From a virus (Duplodnaviria > Heunggongvirae > Uroviricota > Caudoviricetes): DNA of 17,260 bases. The notes under the pieces are model-generated. The model made no database searches. It was not told the DNA's origin and saw only the letters and a program-made list of their open reading frames with translations. Of this stretch, positions 4,569-11,660 are shown piece after piece (within the stretch, counting starts at the first letter, position 1; each line of letters begins with the position of its first letter). Location of the stretch: positions 1-17,260 of the IMG/VR virus record IMGVR_UViG_2932604667_000002; one strand, 5' to 3'. A program made the position numbers and the translations under genes.

Positions 4569-4577
4569 GCCGCTCAA

Positions 4578-4651
4578 TCCGATGTAGCCAAGTCTGGTAA
4601 GGCAGCCGACTGTTAATCGGCGTACCGCTGGTTCGAGTCCAGCCATCGGAG
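4578..4651 (+). tRNA. tRNA-Asn(GTT)
   Basis: GCCGA-CT GTT AA-TCGGC; U1-A72, G73. Confidence 0.95.
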
Positions 4652-4702
4652 CTGCTGAACCCGGCAACGGCGGGACTGGCGCCGGATCTGGGTTCAGCTC
4701 TT

Positions 4703-4775
4703 GCCGGCGCGGGGCAGTGGAGTGCCCGCCACCCTGTCAAGGTGGAGATCGCGAGTTCGAGTCTCGTCGTCGGCG
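4703..4775 (+). tRNA. tRNA-Asp(GTC)
   Basis: CCACC-CT GTC AA-GGTGG; G73. Confidence 0.92.
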
Positions 4776-4821
4776 CTGCTGGGTCCAGGAAAATGCCGCC
4801 CAGGGCCTGGCCCCAGCTCAT

Positions 4822-4894
4822 GCCCAGTTGGCCCGATGGAAGGGCGCCGTCTCGACACGACGGAGGCAGGCAGGTTCGACTCCTCCACTGGGCA
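4822..4894 (+). tRNA. tRNA-Val(GAC), C33
   Basis: CCGTC-TC GAC AC-GACGG; imperfect T stem; A73. Confidence 0.83.
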
Positions 4895-4908
4895 CGTACG
4901 TGGCATCT

Positions 4909-5172
4909 CTACGCGGCGGGCTCGTAGCTGGCGCGGAAGACGTTGTCCTTGATCGGGTAGTACTCGCCTTCGATTCCCCGGATGAGCCAGTCGCCCACTT
5001 CGAACGTGATGGACCCGTCCACGGTGAGGATCTCGCCGCCGGTGGTGGGGTCGTCGTTCCAGTCGAGCGTGCCGGTGTATCCCTCGCGGAAGAACTGGGC
5101 GAGGTCGGGGAAGTTGTCCCCGGTGAACTGCACAGCGTCGAGGACCAGCGGGAGCCTTCGGTACTTGGGCAT
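4909..5172 (-). CDS. Conserved phage protein (KYRxxP..AVQFTG...GDWLIRG..GEYYP family), 87 aa
   Basis: Recognisable motif set of a very common small phage protein family; function unknown. Confidence 0.85.
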   Translation of the reverse strand: MPKYRRLPLVLDAVQFTGDNFPDLAQFFREGYTGTLDWNDDPTTGGEILTVDGSITFEVGDWLIRGIEGEYYPIKDNVFRASYEPAA

Positions 5173-5243
5173 GCGGGGACGCTGGCAGAGGAGGCCGGTT
5201 AAGGTCCTGCCCTGCTGACCAGCCGAGTCTCAGCGCCAACGGA

Positions 5244-5262
5244 CTTAAATACCGGTACGATC
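5244..5262 (+). promoter_or_regulatory. Conserved promoter/operator motif copy 3 (CTTAAATACCGGTACGATC)
   Basis: Same core as copies 1, 2, 4 and 5; downstream leader closely matches that of copy 1. Confidence 0.65.
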
Positions 5263-5305
5263 GAGGAGTGTTGGTAGAGCGAGCCACCACCCCCAGGAGA
5301 CCTCA

Positions 5306-5518
5306 GTGACCGTCACCATCCCGACCCCACCCCGCTGCATCATCCGCGGCCACGACCACGACGTCACGCACGTCCGCTACAGCGTCCAGGTCGGCACCGG
5401 ATCCGTCATGCACGTCTGGGAGTGCCCCACCGGTGCGTACCGGTGGCTGTGCGTCGAGGGGCGTGAGCTGAGCAACCTGGCCCGGATGAAGCGCCCCCGC
5501 TGGGGCTGGCCCAACTGA
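5306..5518 (+). CDS. Hypothetical protein (70 aa, Cys/His-containing)
   Basis: AGGAG RBS, GTG start, downstream of motif copy 3. Confidence 0.7.
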   Translation: MTVTIPTPPRCIIRGHDHDVTHVRYSVQVGTGSVMHVWECPTGAYRWLCVEGRELSNLARMKRPRWGWPN

Positions 5519-5525
5519 GGCCGCT

Positions 5526-5777
5526 TCACGACGCCGGCCAGGACTTCCGGGGCGCGACGTAACTCCCACGCTGGGGGAGCGTGACCACCCAGCCTTCCTC
5601 GCGCAGCAGGGCGACAGCAGCCCGCGCCGTGTCCCGGGCGATGCCGTGCTCGGACACCATGCGGGACTCCGACGGGATCGGATCCAGCGGCTGGAGCTGG
5701 CCGCTCGTGATCTGCTCTCGGATGACCGCCGCGACCTGCCGATAGATGGGCGTCGGGTCGAAACGATCTATCTGCAT
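5526..5777 (-). CDS. Small GntR-family winged-HTH regulator (83 aa)
   Basis: PIYRQVAAVIREQI.SGQL.P..PIPSE......GIAR.TAR.AV..L.EEG.V......GSYV is the GntR DNA-binding domain; no effector domain. Confidence 0.93.
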   Translation of the reverse strand: MQIDRFDPTPIYRQVAAVIREQITSGQLQPLDPIPSESRMVSEHGIARDTARAAVALLREEGWVVTLPQRGSYVAPRKSWPAS

Positions 5778-5863
5778 GATCCAAGACGTTAGAGACGTCG
5801 CCCATGCCGGTCATATAGGCGACGTTCTAGACGAGGTAGACAAGGCCAACGTATGGTCTGGTC
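5778..5863. promoter_or_regulatory. Divergent (near-)leaderless promoters with candidate GntR operator repeats
   Basis: TATGGT (5852-57) 6 nt before ATG 5864; TAACGT on - strand 8 nt before GntR ATG; IRs GACGT/ACGTC and GTCGCC/GGCGAC; TAGAC direct repeats at 5828 and 5837. Confidence 0.55.
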
Positions 5864-6136
5864 ATGACTGCCCCCGCCCTCCCGAACGGGTCAGAGCACC
5901 CCGAGGCCCTCGCAACATGCGCTTCAATGATCGCGGCCGCCCTCGCCGCGGAGACCCAGGCCGAATGCGCAGAATGCGGCGGCGCGCTCGTCCGCACCTT
6001 CTCGATGTACCTCGGCTGGTACTACGTCAGTCTCACCGCCCAAGGCGACGTCCCGGCGGCCCAGTGCCCCAAAGTTCCCGGCCTGGGCGGCTTCGGGCAT
6101 GGCCCCCACCGTCCCGCCGTCTACGCCGAGGCGTAA
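5864..6136 (+). CDS. Hypothetical protein with CxxC (90 aa)
   Basis: Divergent from GntR with a well-spaced -10; CAEC plus later C/H residues. Confidence 0.65.
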   Translation: MTAPALPNGSEHPEALATCASMIAAALAAETQAECAECGGALVRTFSMYLGWYYVSLTAQGDVPAAQCPKVPGLGGFGHGPHRPAVYAEA

Positions 6137-6169
6137 CCCTCTCTGCCGCCGTCTGGCGGCTCCCATCTC

Positions 6170-6209
6170 ACGGTGCCCGACTGCTTGCCCAGTCGGGCAC
6201 CGTACGTTT
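6170..6209 (+). terminator. 14-bp perfect hairpin followed by ACGTTT, terminator or processing stem
   Basis: ACGGTGCCCGACTG/CAGTCGGGCACCGT. Confidence 0.5.
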
Positions 6210-6210
6210 T

Positions 6211-6282
6211 GCCTGGTTAGCTCAACGGCAGAGCACCTGCCTTACAAGCAGGAGGTCGGAGGGTCAGCACCTCCACCAGGTA
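6211..6282 (+). tRNA. tRNA-Val(TAC), non-canonical T loop
   Basis: CCTGC-CT TAC AA-GCAGG; T loop GTCAGCA. Confidence 0.8.
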
Positions 6283-6284
6283 CT

Positions 6285-6358
6285 GTGACCGATCCCGAAG
6301 CGGGCGAGGGGCTGGGCCGTGGACCCAGTGCAAGCGGGTTCGAGCCCCGCCGGTCACC
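6285..6358 (+). tRNA. tRNA-His(GTG), C33, no genomic G-1
   Basis: CTGGG-CC GTG GA-CCCAG; C73; T at position -1. Confidence 0.85.
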
Positions 6359-6360
6359 CC

Positions 6361-6444
6361 GCGCGAGCTGGGCACGTGGCGAGCCCAGCGCCCTGTAAAG
6401 GCGTCGCTTCGGCTGTGGCGGTTCAACTCCGTCCTCGCGCACCA
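6361..6444 (+). tRNA. tRNA-Tyr(GTA), CCA encoded
   Basis: GCGCC-CT GTA AA-GGCGT; variable arm; A73. Confidence 0.93.
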
Positions 6445-6445
6445 C

Positions 6446-6517
6446 GCCCTCGTCACCCAACCGGACCGGTACCGGCCTCCTAAGCCGGCGATGCAGGTTC
6501 GAATCCTGCCGGGGGCA
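6446..6517 (+). tRNA. tRNA-Arg(CCT)
   Basis: CCGGC-CT CCT AA-GCCGG. Confidence 0.9.
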
Positions 6518-6518
6518 C

Positions 6519-6592
6519 GGCCGCATGCCCGAGTGGCTTCAGGGACTCGCCTGCAAAGCGAGATCACGCCGGTTCGATTCCGGCTGCGGCTT
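6519..6592 (+). tRNA. tRNA-Cys(GCA)
   Basis: CTCGC-CT GCA AA-GCGAG; U73. Confidence 0.94.
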
Positions 6593-6594
6593 CC

Positions 6595-6666
6595 CGGCTC
6601 GTAGCTCGACGGATCGAGCAGCGGCGTCCGAAGCCGCAGGCCCCGGTTCGATTCCGGGCGGGCCGA
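6595..6666 (+). tRNA. tRNA-Arg(CCG)
   Basis: GCGGC-GT CCG AA-GCCGC. Confidence 0.9.
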
Positions 6667-6680
6667 CTACAGTTGCCCAG

Positions 6681-6974
6681 GTGCGGCGCTATGACGAAGA
6701 GGTCCAGGCCGTCACCGAGCCTGACACGAGTCCGGAGTTCCCCGGTGGGCGGCCGGTGAGGTTCGGGTGGCGTCGCAGTACCTACCTCGTCGTGTCGGTG
6801 GAGAAGTCCTGGGCCTCAGACCGGGAGTGGTGGCGCGACGACCTGCCCTACGACGCGCCGCCGAGCATCTGGAATTACAAGGTCCTGGCCAGGTCGAACC
6901 GTGGCCAGGGGATCCTCTACCTCAGTTACGACGCCGGCCACGACCAGTGGCTCATCCGGGGCGTCGAGGACTGA
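6681..6974 (+). CDS. DUF6504-like protein (97 aa)
   Basis: MRRYDE...G.P.RF.WR...Y.V......W......WW pattern; GTG start inferred because the longer ORF overlaps tRNAs. Confidence 0.7.
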   Translation: MRRYDEEVQAVTEPDTSPEFPGGRPVRFGWRRSTYLVVSVEKSWASDREWWRDDLPYDAPPSIWNYKVLARSNRGQGILYLSYDAGHDQWLIRGVED

Positions 6975-7008
6975 CGCCCGCGGGGTCTTCCACCGTTGAG
7001 TGCAGAGT

Positions 7009-7344
7009 TCAGGCCGCGCGCAGATGCCGGCGGCGCTTCCAGGTGTTGCGTGGCCGGAGTGCGCCGGCAGCTTCCAGGGCTTCGACGACGACGCGCGCAC
7101 GGTCGAGGTCGCTGCACCGGTCGGTCCACATTGCTTCGAGCGCCTGGGCGCCGAGGTGGGTGGCGTCGGTGACCGCGGCGGCCATGCCCTGGTCGGGGGT
7201 GTGGTGGCGTACGGCTTCGTCGTGGTGCCGGAGGGTCGGCCCGATGCCGACGATCGGTCGCGGGCAGGTCCGGCACTCCAGGCGGCCGGTTTCGTCGTTG
7301 TGCCAGGGGATGACTCGGTGGCTGTACGGCTGCATCATGTCCAT
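7009..7344 (-). CDS. Hypothetical protein, possible Zn-binding (CxxC...HH), 111 aa
   Basis: CRTC motif; fits the gap; start uncertain (several Met). Confidence 0.6.
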   Translation of the reverse strand: MDMMQPYSHRVIPWHNDETGRLECRTCPRPIVGIGPTLRHHDEAVRHHTPDQGMAAAVTDATHLGAQALEAMWTDRCSDLDRARVVVEALEAAGALRPRNTWKRRRHLRAA

Positions 7345-7430
7345 GATCTACCTCACGGGTGATCATACCCGCGTTTCGCGTGTTCGCACCCCTATTTAAC
7401 AGGTGGATGCGCAGGTCAGACGCATAGAAA

Positions 7431-7470
7431 GACCGCCGGAGGCGGGCCTTGAGCCACACTGCCGGCGGTC
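7431..7470 (-). terminator. Putative terminator of the dnaB operon
   Basis: GACCGCCGG/CCGGCGGTC inverted repeat followed by TTTCT on the - strand. Confidence 0.45.
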
Positions 7471-7481
7471 CTCTGCTGTCT

Positions 7482-7712
7482 CTACGCGGGTTCCTTCGGC
7501 TCGTATGTGATGCGGCCGTCGGCGTCGACCGCCATGCTCTTGCCAGCCTGCTGCAGGTAGACCGCAACGGCGTCAAGAGCGTCCTCGACGACCGCGTCCG
7601 CCCACTGGCCGAGGGTGCGCTTCCAGACGCTGCTCATGTACTTCTGGACGAAACCGACCAGGTCCGGGTCATGGACGAACTCGATCTCTCGATCGTCGTT
7701 GGTTATGTACAT
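7482..7712 (-). CDS. Hypothetical protein (76 aa)
   Basis: GAGGA RBS directly after dnaB; normal composition. Confidence 0.75.
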   Translation of the reverse strand: MYITNDDREIEFVHDPDLVGFVQKYMSSVWKRTLGQWADAVVEDALDAVAVYLQQAGKSMAVDADGRITYEPKEPA

Positions 7713-7729
7713 GGGGTGTGCGCATCCTC

Positions 7730-9091
7730 TCAGGCGGGGGCCATGTCGACGAACCGGGTGTAGTGGCCCTGGAACGCGACGGTGACGGTGGCGGTGGGGC
7801 CGTTGCGGTGCTTGGCCAGGATGAAGTCCGCCTCACCCGCTCGGGGGGACTCAGCGTCGTAGGCGTCCTCACGGTGCAGGAGGATGACCATGTCCGCGTC
7901 CTGCTCGATGCTGCCGCTCTCACGAAGGTCGGACACCGCGGGGCGCTTGTCCTGTCGCTGCTCGGGGCCGCGGTTGAGCTGGGACAGCGCCACGATCGGC
8001 ACTCCGAGCTCCTTGGCGAGGAGCTTGATCTGCCGGGAGATCTCCGAGACTTCGTTCTGGCGGCTCTCGGTCTTCTTCGGCGAGCTCATCAACTGCATGT
8101 AGTCGATCACGACGAGTCGCAGGTTGTTGCGCTGCTTCAGCCGCCGGCACTTGGCCCGGATCTCGACCATGGACATGTTCGGGGAGTCGTCGATGAACAG
8201 TGGGGCCTCGGCGACGGCGCTCATCTTGCGGGACAGGCGCAGCCACTCGTCGTCGCTCATGACGCCGGCCCGCATGTTCTGGAGCGGGACGCGGGCCTCT
8301 GCCGCGAGGATCCTCATGGCGATCTCATTGCGGGACATCTCGAGCGAGAAGATCACGGCAGGCAGGTTGTGCTTGATGGCGGCGGAGCGAAGGAAATCCG
8401 TTCCCAGCACGCTTTTGCCCATGGCAGGTCTCCCAGCCACAACGATCATCTGGCCGGGGTGCAGGCCGCGGGTGAGGCGGTCCAGGTCGACGAAGCCGGT
8501 GGGGACGCCGGTGAGCGCCCCCTGGTGCCTGCTGATCTCTTCCAGCTCATCCAGCGTGCCGGGCATGATCTCGGAGATCGGCAGGTAGTCCTCGGCGGAG
8601 CGCCGCTCGGTCACCTTGTAGATCTCGGCCTGGGCGCGGTCGACCAGGTCGTCGACTTCCTCGCTCTGCCCGCCGTAGCCGTAGGAGACGATGCGGGTGC
8701 CCGCCTGGATCAGGCCACGCAGGATGGCCTGCTCGCGCACGATCTTGGCGTAGTAGCTCGCGTTCGCGGCTGTCGGCACAACCTCCGTCAGCGTGTGGAG
8801 GTACGGGGCGCCGCCGACCCTGCCGAGCTCGCCACGCTTCTGCAGCTCGCCGAGGAGCGTGACAGAGTCGGCGGGCTCGCCCTGGCCGTAGAGGTCGGTG
8901 AGGATGTCGTAGATGATCTGGTGCGCGGGACGGTAGAAGTCGTCGGGGCGGAGCACCTCGACCACGTCGGCGATGGCTTCCTTCGACAGCATCATGCCGC
9001 CGAGCACGGACTGCTCCGCTTCGATGCTGTGCGGAGGGGTCAGCGCCTGCTCGAACTCGGCGCCGGCGGTCGCGAAGTCTGTAGCAGTCAT
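7730..9091 (-). CDS. dnaB: Replicative DNA helicase DnaB (453 aa)
   Basis: PPHSIEAEQSVLG N-domain, Walker A GRPAMGKS, VVIDYMQL, LSQLNR, DLRESGSIEQDAD, AKHRNGPT; ATGA overlap with upstream gene; no intein. Confidence 0.98.
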   Translation of the reverse strand: MTATDFATAGAEFEQALTPPHSIEAEQSVLGGMMLSKEAIADVVEVLRPDDFYRPAHQIIYDILTDLYGQGEPADSVTLLGELQKRGELGRVGGAPYLHTLTEVVPTAANASYYAKIVREQAILRGLIQAGTRIVSYGYGGQSEEVDDLVDRAQAEIYKVTERRSAEDYLPISEIMPGTLDELEEISRHQGALTGVPTGFVDLDRLTRGLHPGQMIVVAGRPAMGKSVLGTDFLRSAAIKHNLPAVIFSLEMSRNEIAMRILAAEARVPLQNMRAGVMSDDEWLRLSRKMSAVAEAPLFIDDSPNMSMVEIRAKCRRLKQRNNLRLVVIDYMQLMSSPKKTESRQNEVSEISRQIKLLAKELGVPIVALSQLNRGPEQRQDKRPAVSDLRESGSIEQDADMVILLHREDAYDAESPRAGEADFILAKHRNGPTATVTVAFQGHYTRFVDMAPA

Positions 9092-10035
9092 GCGGCGGTC
9101 ACCAGCTTGGGCTTGCCGTCCACCTGCCAGCGCTCGTCCTGCATCAGGCCCAGGCTCTGGACGAGGAGGAACGGGTCCAGCTCCCGGAAGGTCTCGTACT
9201 GGTCCAGCACCCGGCAGATCTGCTTGACGCGGACCGCGCATCTCGGGTCGATGAGGGACTGGTAGGGGTCACCGGTCCCAGGTGCGTACGTCCGGTTTGA
9301 CGTGACAAGGACTCCGGCCCCGTCCCGGTAGGACCTGGCGGTCTCCTTCGGGATGCCGAGCTCGCGGCCGATCCGGCTGGCGGTGTAGCGGAGCCTGATG
9401 GTCATCCGCAGGACCTCCAGTCGCGTGGTGGCCTCGGCTTCTCGCTCTGCGCGCACCTCGTCGTGGGCGGGATCGAAATCATCCCAGAGGCGGCCGTCGG
9501 GCGAGTACTCATCGGGGATACGCCAGCCGAGGCCCGCGGCGACGGCGGCCGCGGCCGGGCTCGGGCCGGGGATGTCCTCCAGCAGGCCGAACAGGACGTC
9601 GATGTCGGCGGCCAGGTCCCTCGGCACGCCCGCGGGGCGGCGGTGGATGATGTCGAGGATGACCTGATCCGGCTGCTCCAGTCGGCGGGCCAGCTCGGTG
9701 GTGGTGTGGCCGGCGGCGTACAGGGAGCCCAGCTTCCAGGCCGTGAGGCGGATGGGCATGGGGCCGGTGCCGTCGCTGAGGAGCTGCTCGGTGGTCAGGT
9801 GCTGGAGGGCCTTGGCGGTGGCGGAGTTCAGGATCGTGATGGATCGGTCGAGCACTCCGGCGATGGTCCCTGTCTCCACCTTGGTGACCTCGGCCAGGTC
9901 GGCGACGGTCCATCCGTCGGCCAGGAACTTCTCCAGGTACGGGACGAGGGTCCAGGTGCGGTAGTTGATGAGGTGCGGCGGCCGGGGACTGTTGCGGCGT
10001 CGGCGGGGCTTGGTGGTCGGCGTGATGGTCGTCAT
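9088..10035 (-). CDS. Multi-HTH DNA-binding phage protein (315 aa)
   Basis: AGGAG RBS; three HTH-like segments (GWTVADLAEVT, GHTTTELARRL, YTASRIGRELGI); coupled to dnaB. Confidence 0.75.
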   Translation of the reverse strand: MTTITPTTKPRRRRNSPRPPHLINYRTWTLVPYLEKFLADGWTVADLAEVTKVETGTIAGVLDRSITILNSATAKALQHLTTEQLLSDGTGPMPIRLTAWKLGSLYAAGHTTTELARRLEQPDQVILDIIHRRPAGVPRDLAADIDVLFGLLEDIPGPSPAAAAVAAGLGWRIPDEYSPDGRLWDDFDPAHDEVRAEREAEATTRLEVLRMTIRLRYTASRIGRELGIPKETARSYRDGAGVLVTSNRTYAPGTGDPYQSLIDPRCAVRVKQICRVLDQYETFRELDPFLLVQSLGLMQDERWQVDGKPKLVTAA

Positions 10036-10074
10036 GAGGTCTCCTGTGGGTGTGCGCATCGCTCTGCGCTCTGT

Positions 10075-10368
10075 TCAGTGGTTGGTGTCGCGGAGGGCGT
10101 AGCTGGCCAGCTTGTCGAGGACGTCCGCCGCAGTGGTCGCCATCAGCGGCAGCAGCGCCTGCTTCATGGCGCGGGCCTGGCGGATGGTGTAGCCGTAGCG
10201 CGGCGTCTCCTCCTGGCGGTCGGTTCGCTTGGCTGTCCAGGTGGCGCCCGCGATGGTGACGGACGGCCGGTTGAGCCAGACGAGGCGCCGTCGCCATGGG
10301 CGCCGGGGCTGTGCCGTGGCGTCGGCGAGTCCGCGGTTGATCGCGTCGTACACGGTGAACTGCTGCAT
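10075..10368 (-). CDS. Hypothetical protein (97 aa)
   Basis: GGGAGG RBS; first gene after motif copy 4. Confidence 0.7.
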   Translation of the reverse strand: MQQFTVYDAINRGLADATAQPRRPWRRRLVWLNRPSVTIAGATWTAKRTDRQEETPRYGYTIRQARAMKQALLPLMATTAADVLDKLASYALRDTNH

Positions 10369-10419
10369 AGGGCCTCCCTGTCAGGACAGCCGGGTCGCTC
10401 TCCCAGGCGTCACACCAGT

Positions 10420-10437
10420 GATTGTACCGGTATCAAG
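10420..10437 (-). promoter_or_regulatory. Conserved promoter/operator motif copy 4 (CTTGATACCGGTACAATC)
   Basis: TACAAT -10; leader contains GGGAGAGCGACCCG as in copy 1. Confidence 0.7.
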
Positions 10438-10466
10438 TCGGATTGTGGAGGGGGTTCGGCGGCGTG

Positions 10467-11162
10467 TCACAGTGGGACGCCCCAGCCGCTGAACGGGGTG
10501 ACGGGCTGGACTGCCGCGACGGCGATGGTGAGGCCCTGGCGGTTGTCTGCGGTGGTCGTGTGGGTGGCTGTGATGGTGCCCGGGTCCGCGTTCGAGGTCA
10601 GCGTGCGGTAGGCGACCCGGTGGTCTGTCGCTGTGCCGGAGGCGATGTTGGCCAGCGAGGTCAACGCTGGGGTGGCCGCGGGGAAGCTCCAGGTGCCGGT
10701 GCTGATGTTGTTGTTGCCGATCGCTACGCGGATCTCGAAGTCGTCCGCGTTGGTCGGCGTGATGCCGGGCGTGTCGACGGTGGTCGCCCTCAGAAGGGTG
10801 CCGGCGAGCAGGTTGAACACTGGGGCGGCGGCGGGGTCTGCGCCGTCCAGGGCCAGCAGGGTGACGACTCCCTCGGCGGTGGCGGCCTGACCGAAGGTGT
10901 AGCTCGCCGGTTCGGCTGAGTCGGCGTACCGCCACCAGGCCTTACACAGGGAGTGCCGGCCTCCGTAGCCGAGGGTGTCGAGGGACGCCCCGAGGTTCCA
11001 TGTCGCGCCGCCGCTGATCGTCATGTTGCTCAGCGCCACAACGTTGCAGGAGTGGACGGCGATCAGGAGGTGGCCCGACACGACGCCGGTGGGTTTGGTC
11101 GCGGTGAACGAGCCGGTGACGCCGGACGCTTTCAGGGTGCTGCCGATGTAGGTGACGGGCAT
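10467..11162 (-). CDS. Putative minor tail/virion protein (231 aa)
   Basis: Thr/Ala/Gly-rich beta-type sequence at the end of the fibre cassette. Confidence 0.65.
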   Translation of the reverse strand: MPVTYIGSTLKASGVTGSFTATKPTGVVSGHLLIAVHSCNVVALSNMTISGGATWNLGASLDTLGYGGRHSLCKAWWRYADSAEPASYTFGQAATAEGVVTLLALDGADPAAAPVFNLLAGTLLRATTVDTPGITPTNADDFEIRVAIGNNNISTGTWSFPAATPALTSLANIASGTATDHRVAYRTLTSNADPGTITATHTTTADNRQGLTIAVAAVQPVTPFSGWGVPL

Positions 11163-11171
11163 GGCGGCGCC

Positions 11172-11660
11172 TCAGCAGAGGATCTGCACGGTCAGGTCCG
11201 CGCCCGCGACCGTGCTCCCGACTTGGACGATGTCGATCGTGAACCATCCGCCGTCCGGGATGGTCGTGGTTGTGAACGCGGTGTTCTTGCCGGACGTGTT
11301 GCCAGCAGCCGGGATCGTGGGGCGGTTCCCTGGGACGGAGTAGATGGTGGTGCCGGAGACGCGGACGTCCACCACGATGGCCGCGCCCGTCGGCGCCGTG
11401 CCGACGGACGCGCGTACGGCCTTGATGGTGAGCGCGATGCCGGTGTCGTTGTAGAGCCGGTGCGTGCCCGTCAACACGGCCAGGTTGCCTGCCCGGGAAA
11501 ACGGAAACAGAATCCCCGGCTCGACCAACCTCTCGACGCCGGCCGCAGTGCGCACCCAGAGCGCGCCGCCGACCTTTGCGAACAGCGCGACGAACCCCGA
11601 GGGCGGGTTCCCTGGCGAGCCCTGCTCAGGCAGCGCCAACGCGGACGCGAATCGGGGCAT
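11172..11660 (-). CDS. Putative minor tail protein (162 aa)
   Basis: TAPTGAAIVVDV...TIDIVQVGSTVAGADLTV pattern typical of actinophage tail-associated domains; overlaps upstream stop. Confidence 0.7.
   Translation of the reverse strand: MPRFASALALPEQGSPGNPPSGFVALFAKVGGALWVRTAAGVERLVEPGILFPFSRAGNLAVLTGTHRLYNDTGIALTIKAVRASVGTAPTGAAIVVDVRVSGTTIYSVPGNRPTIPAAGNTSGKNTAFTTTTIPDGGWFTIDIVQVGSTVAGADLTVQILC

Noticed and set aside
664-4952. Numerous 60-226 aa ORFs on both strands across the tRNA array
   Set aside because: They overlap tRNA genes, are Arg/Pro/Gly-rich GC artefacts and lack RBS; only 3300-3557, 4021-4335 and 4909-5172 are retained
932-6666. Regularly recurring GGTTCGA(A/C/G)TCC suggesting a CRISPR array or tandem repeat
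   Set aside because: These are tRNA T arms within cloverleaves; no constant repeat-spacer period and no cas genes
6525-6680. N-terminal extension of the DUF6504-like ORF
   Set aside because: Overlaps tRNA-Cys and tRNA-Arg; family similarity begins at GTG 6681
7730-9091. Intein in DnaB
   Set aside because: 453 aa with contiguous helicase motifs; no insertion
7718-9265. 515-aa + strand ORF, and similar long ORFs such as 9463-10611, 11576-12895 and 15339-16055
   Set aside because: Antisense shadows of clear - strand genes (dnaB, HTH protein, fibre, endolysin) caused by high-GC codon bias
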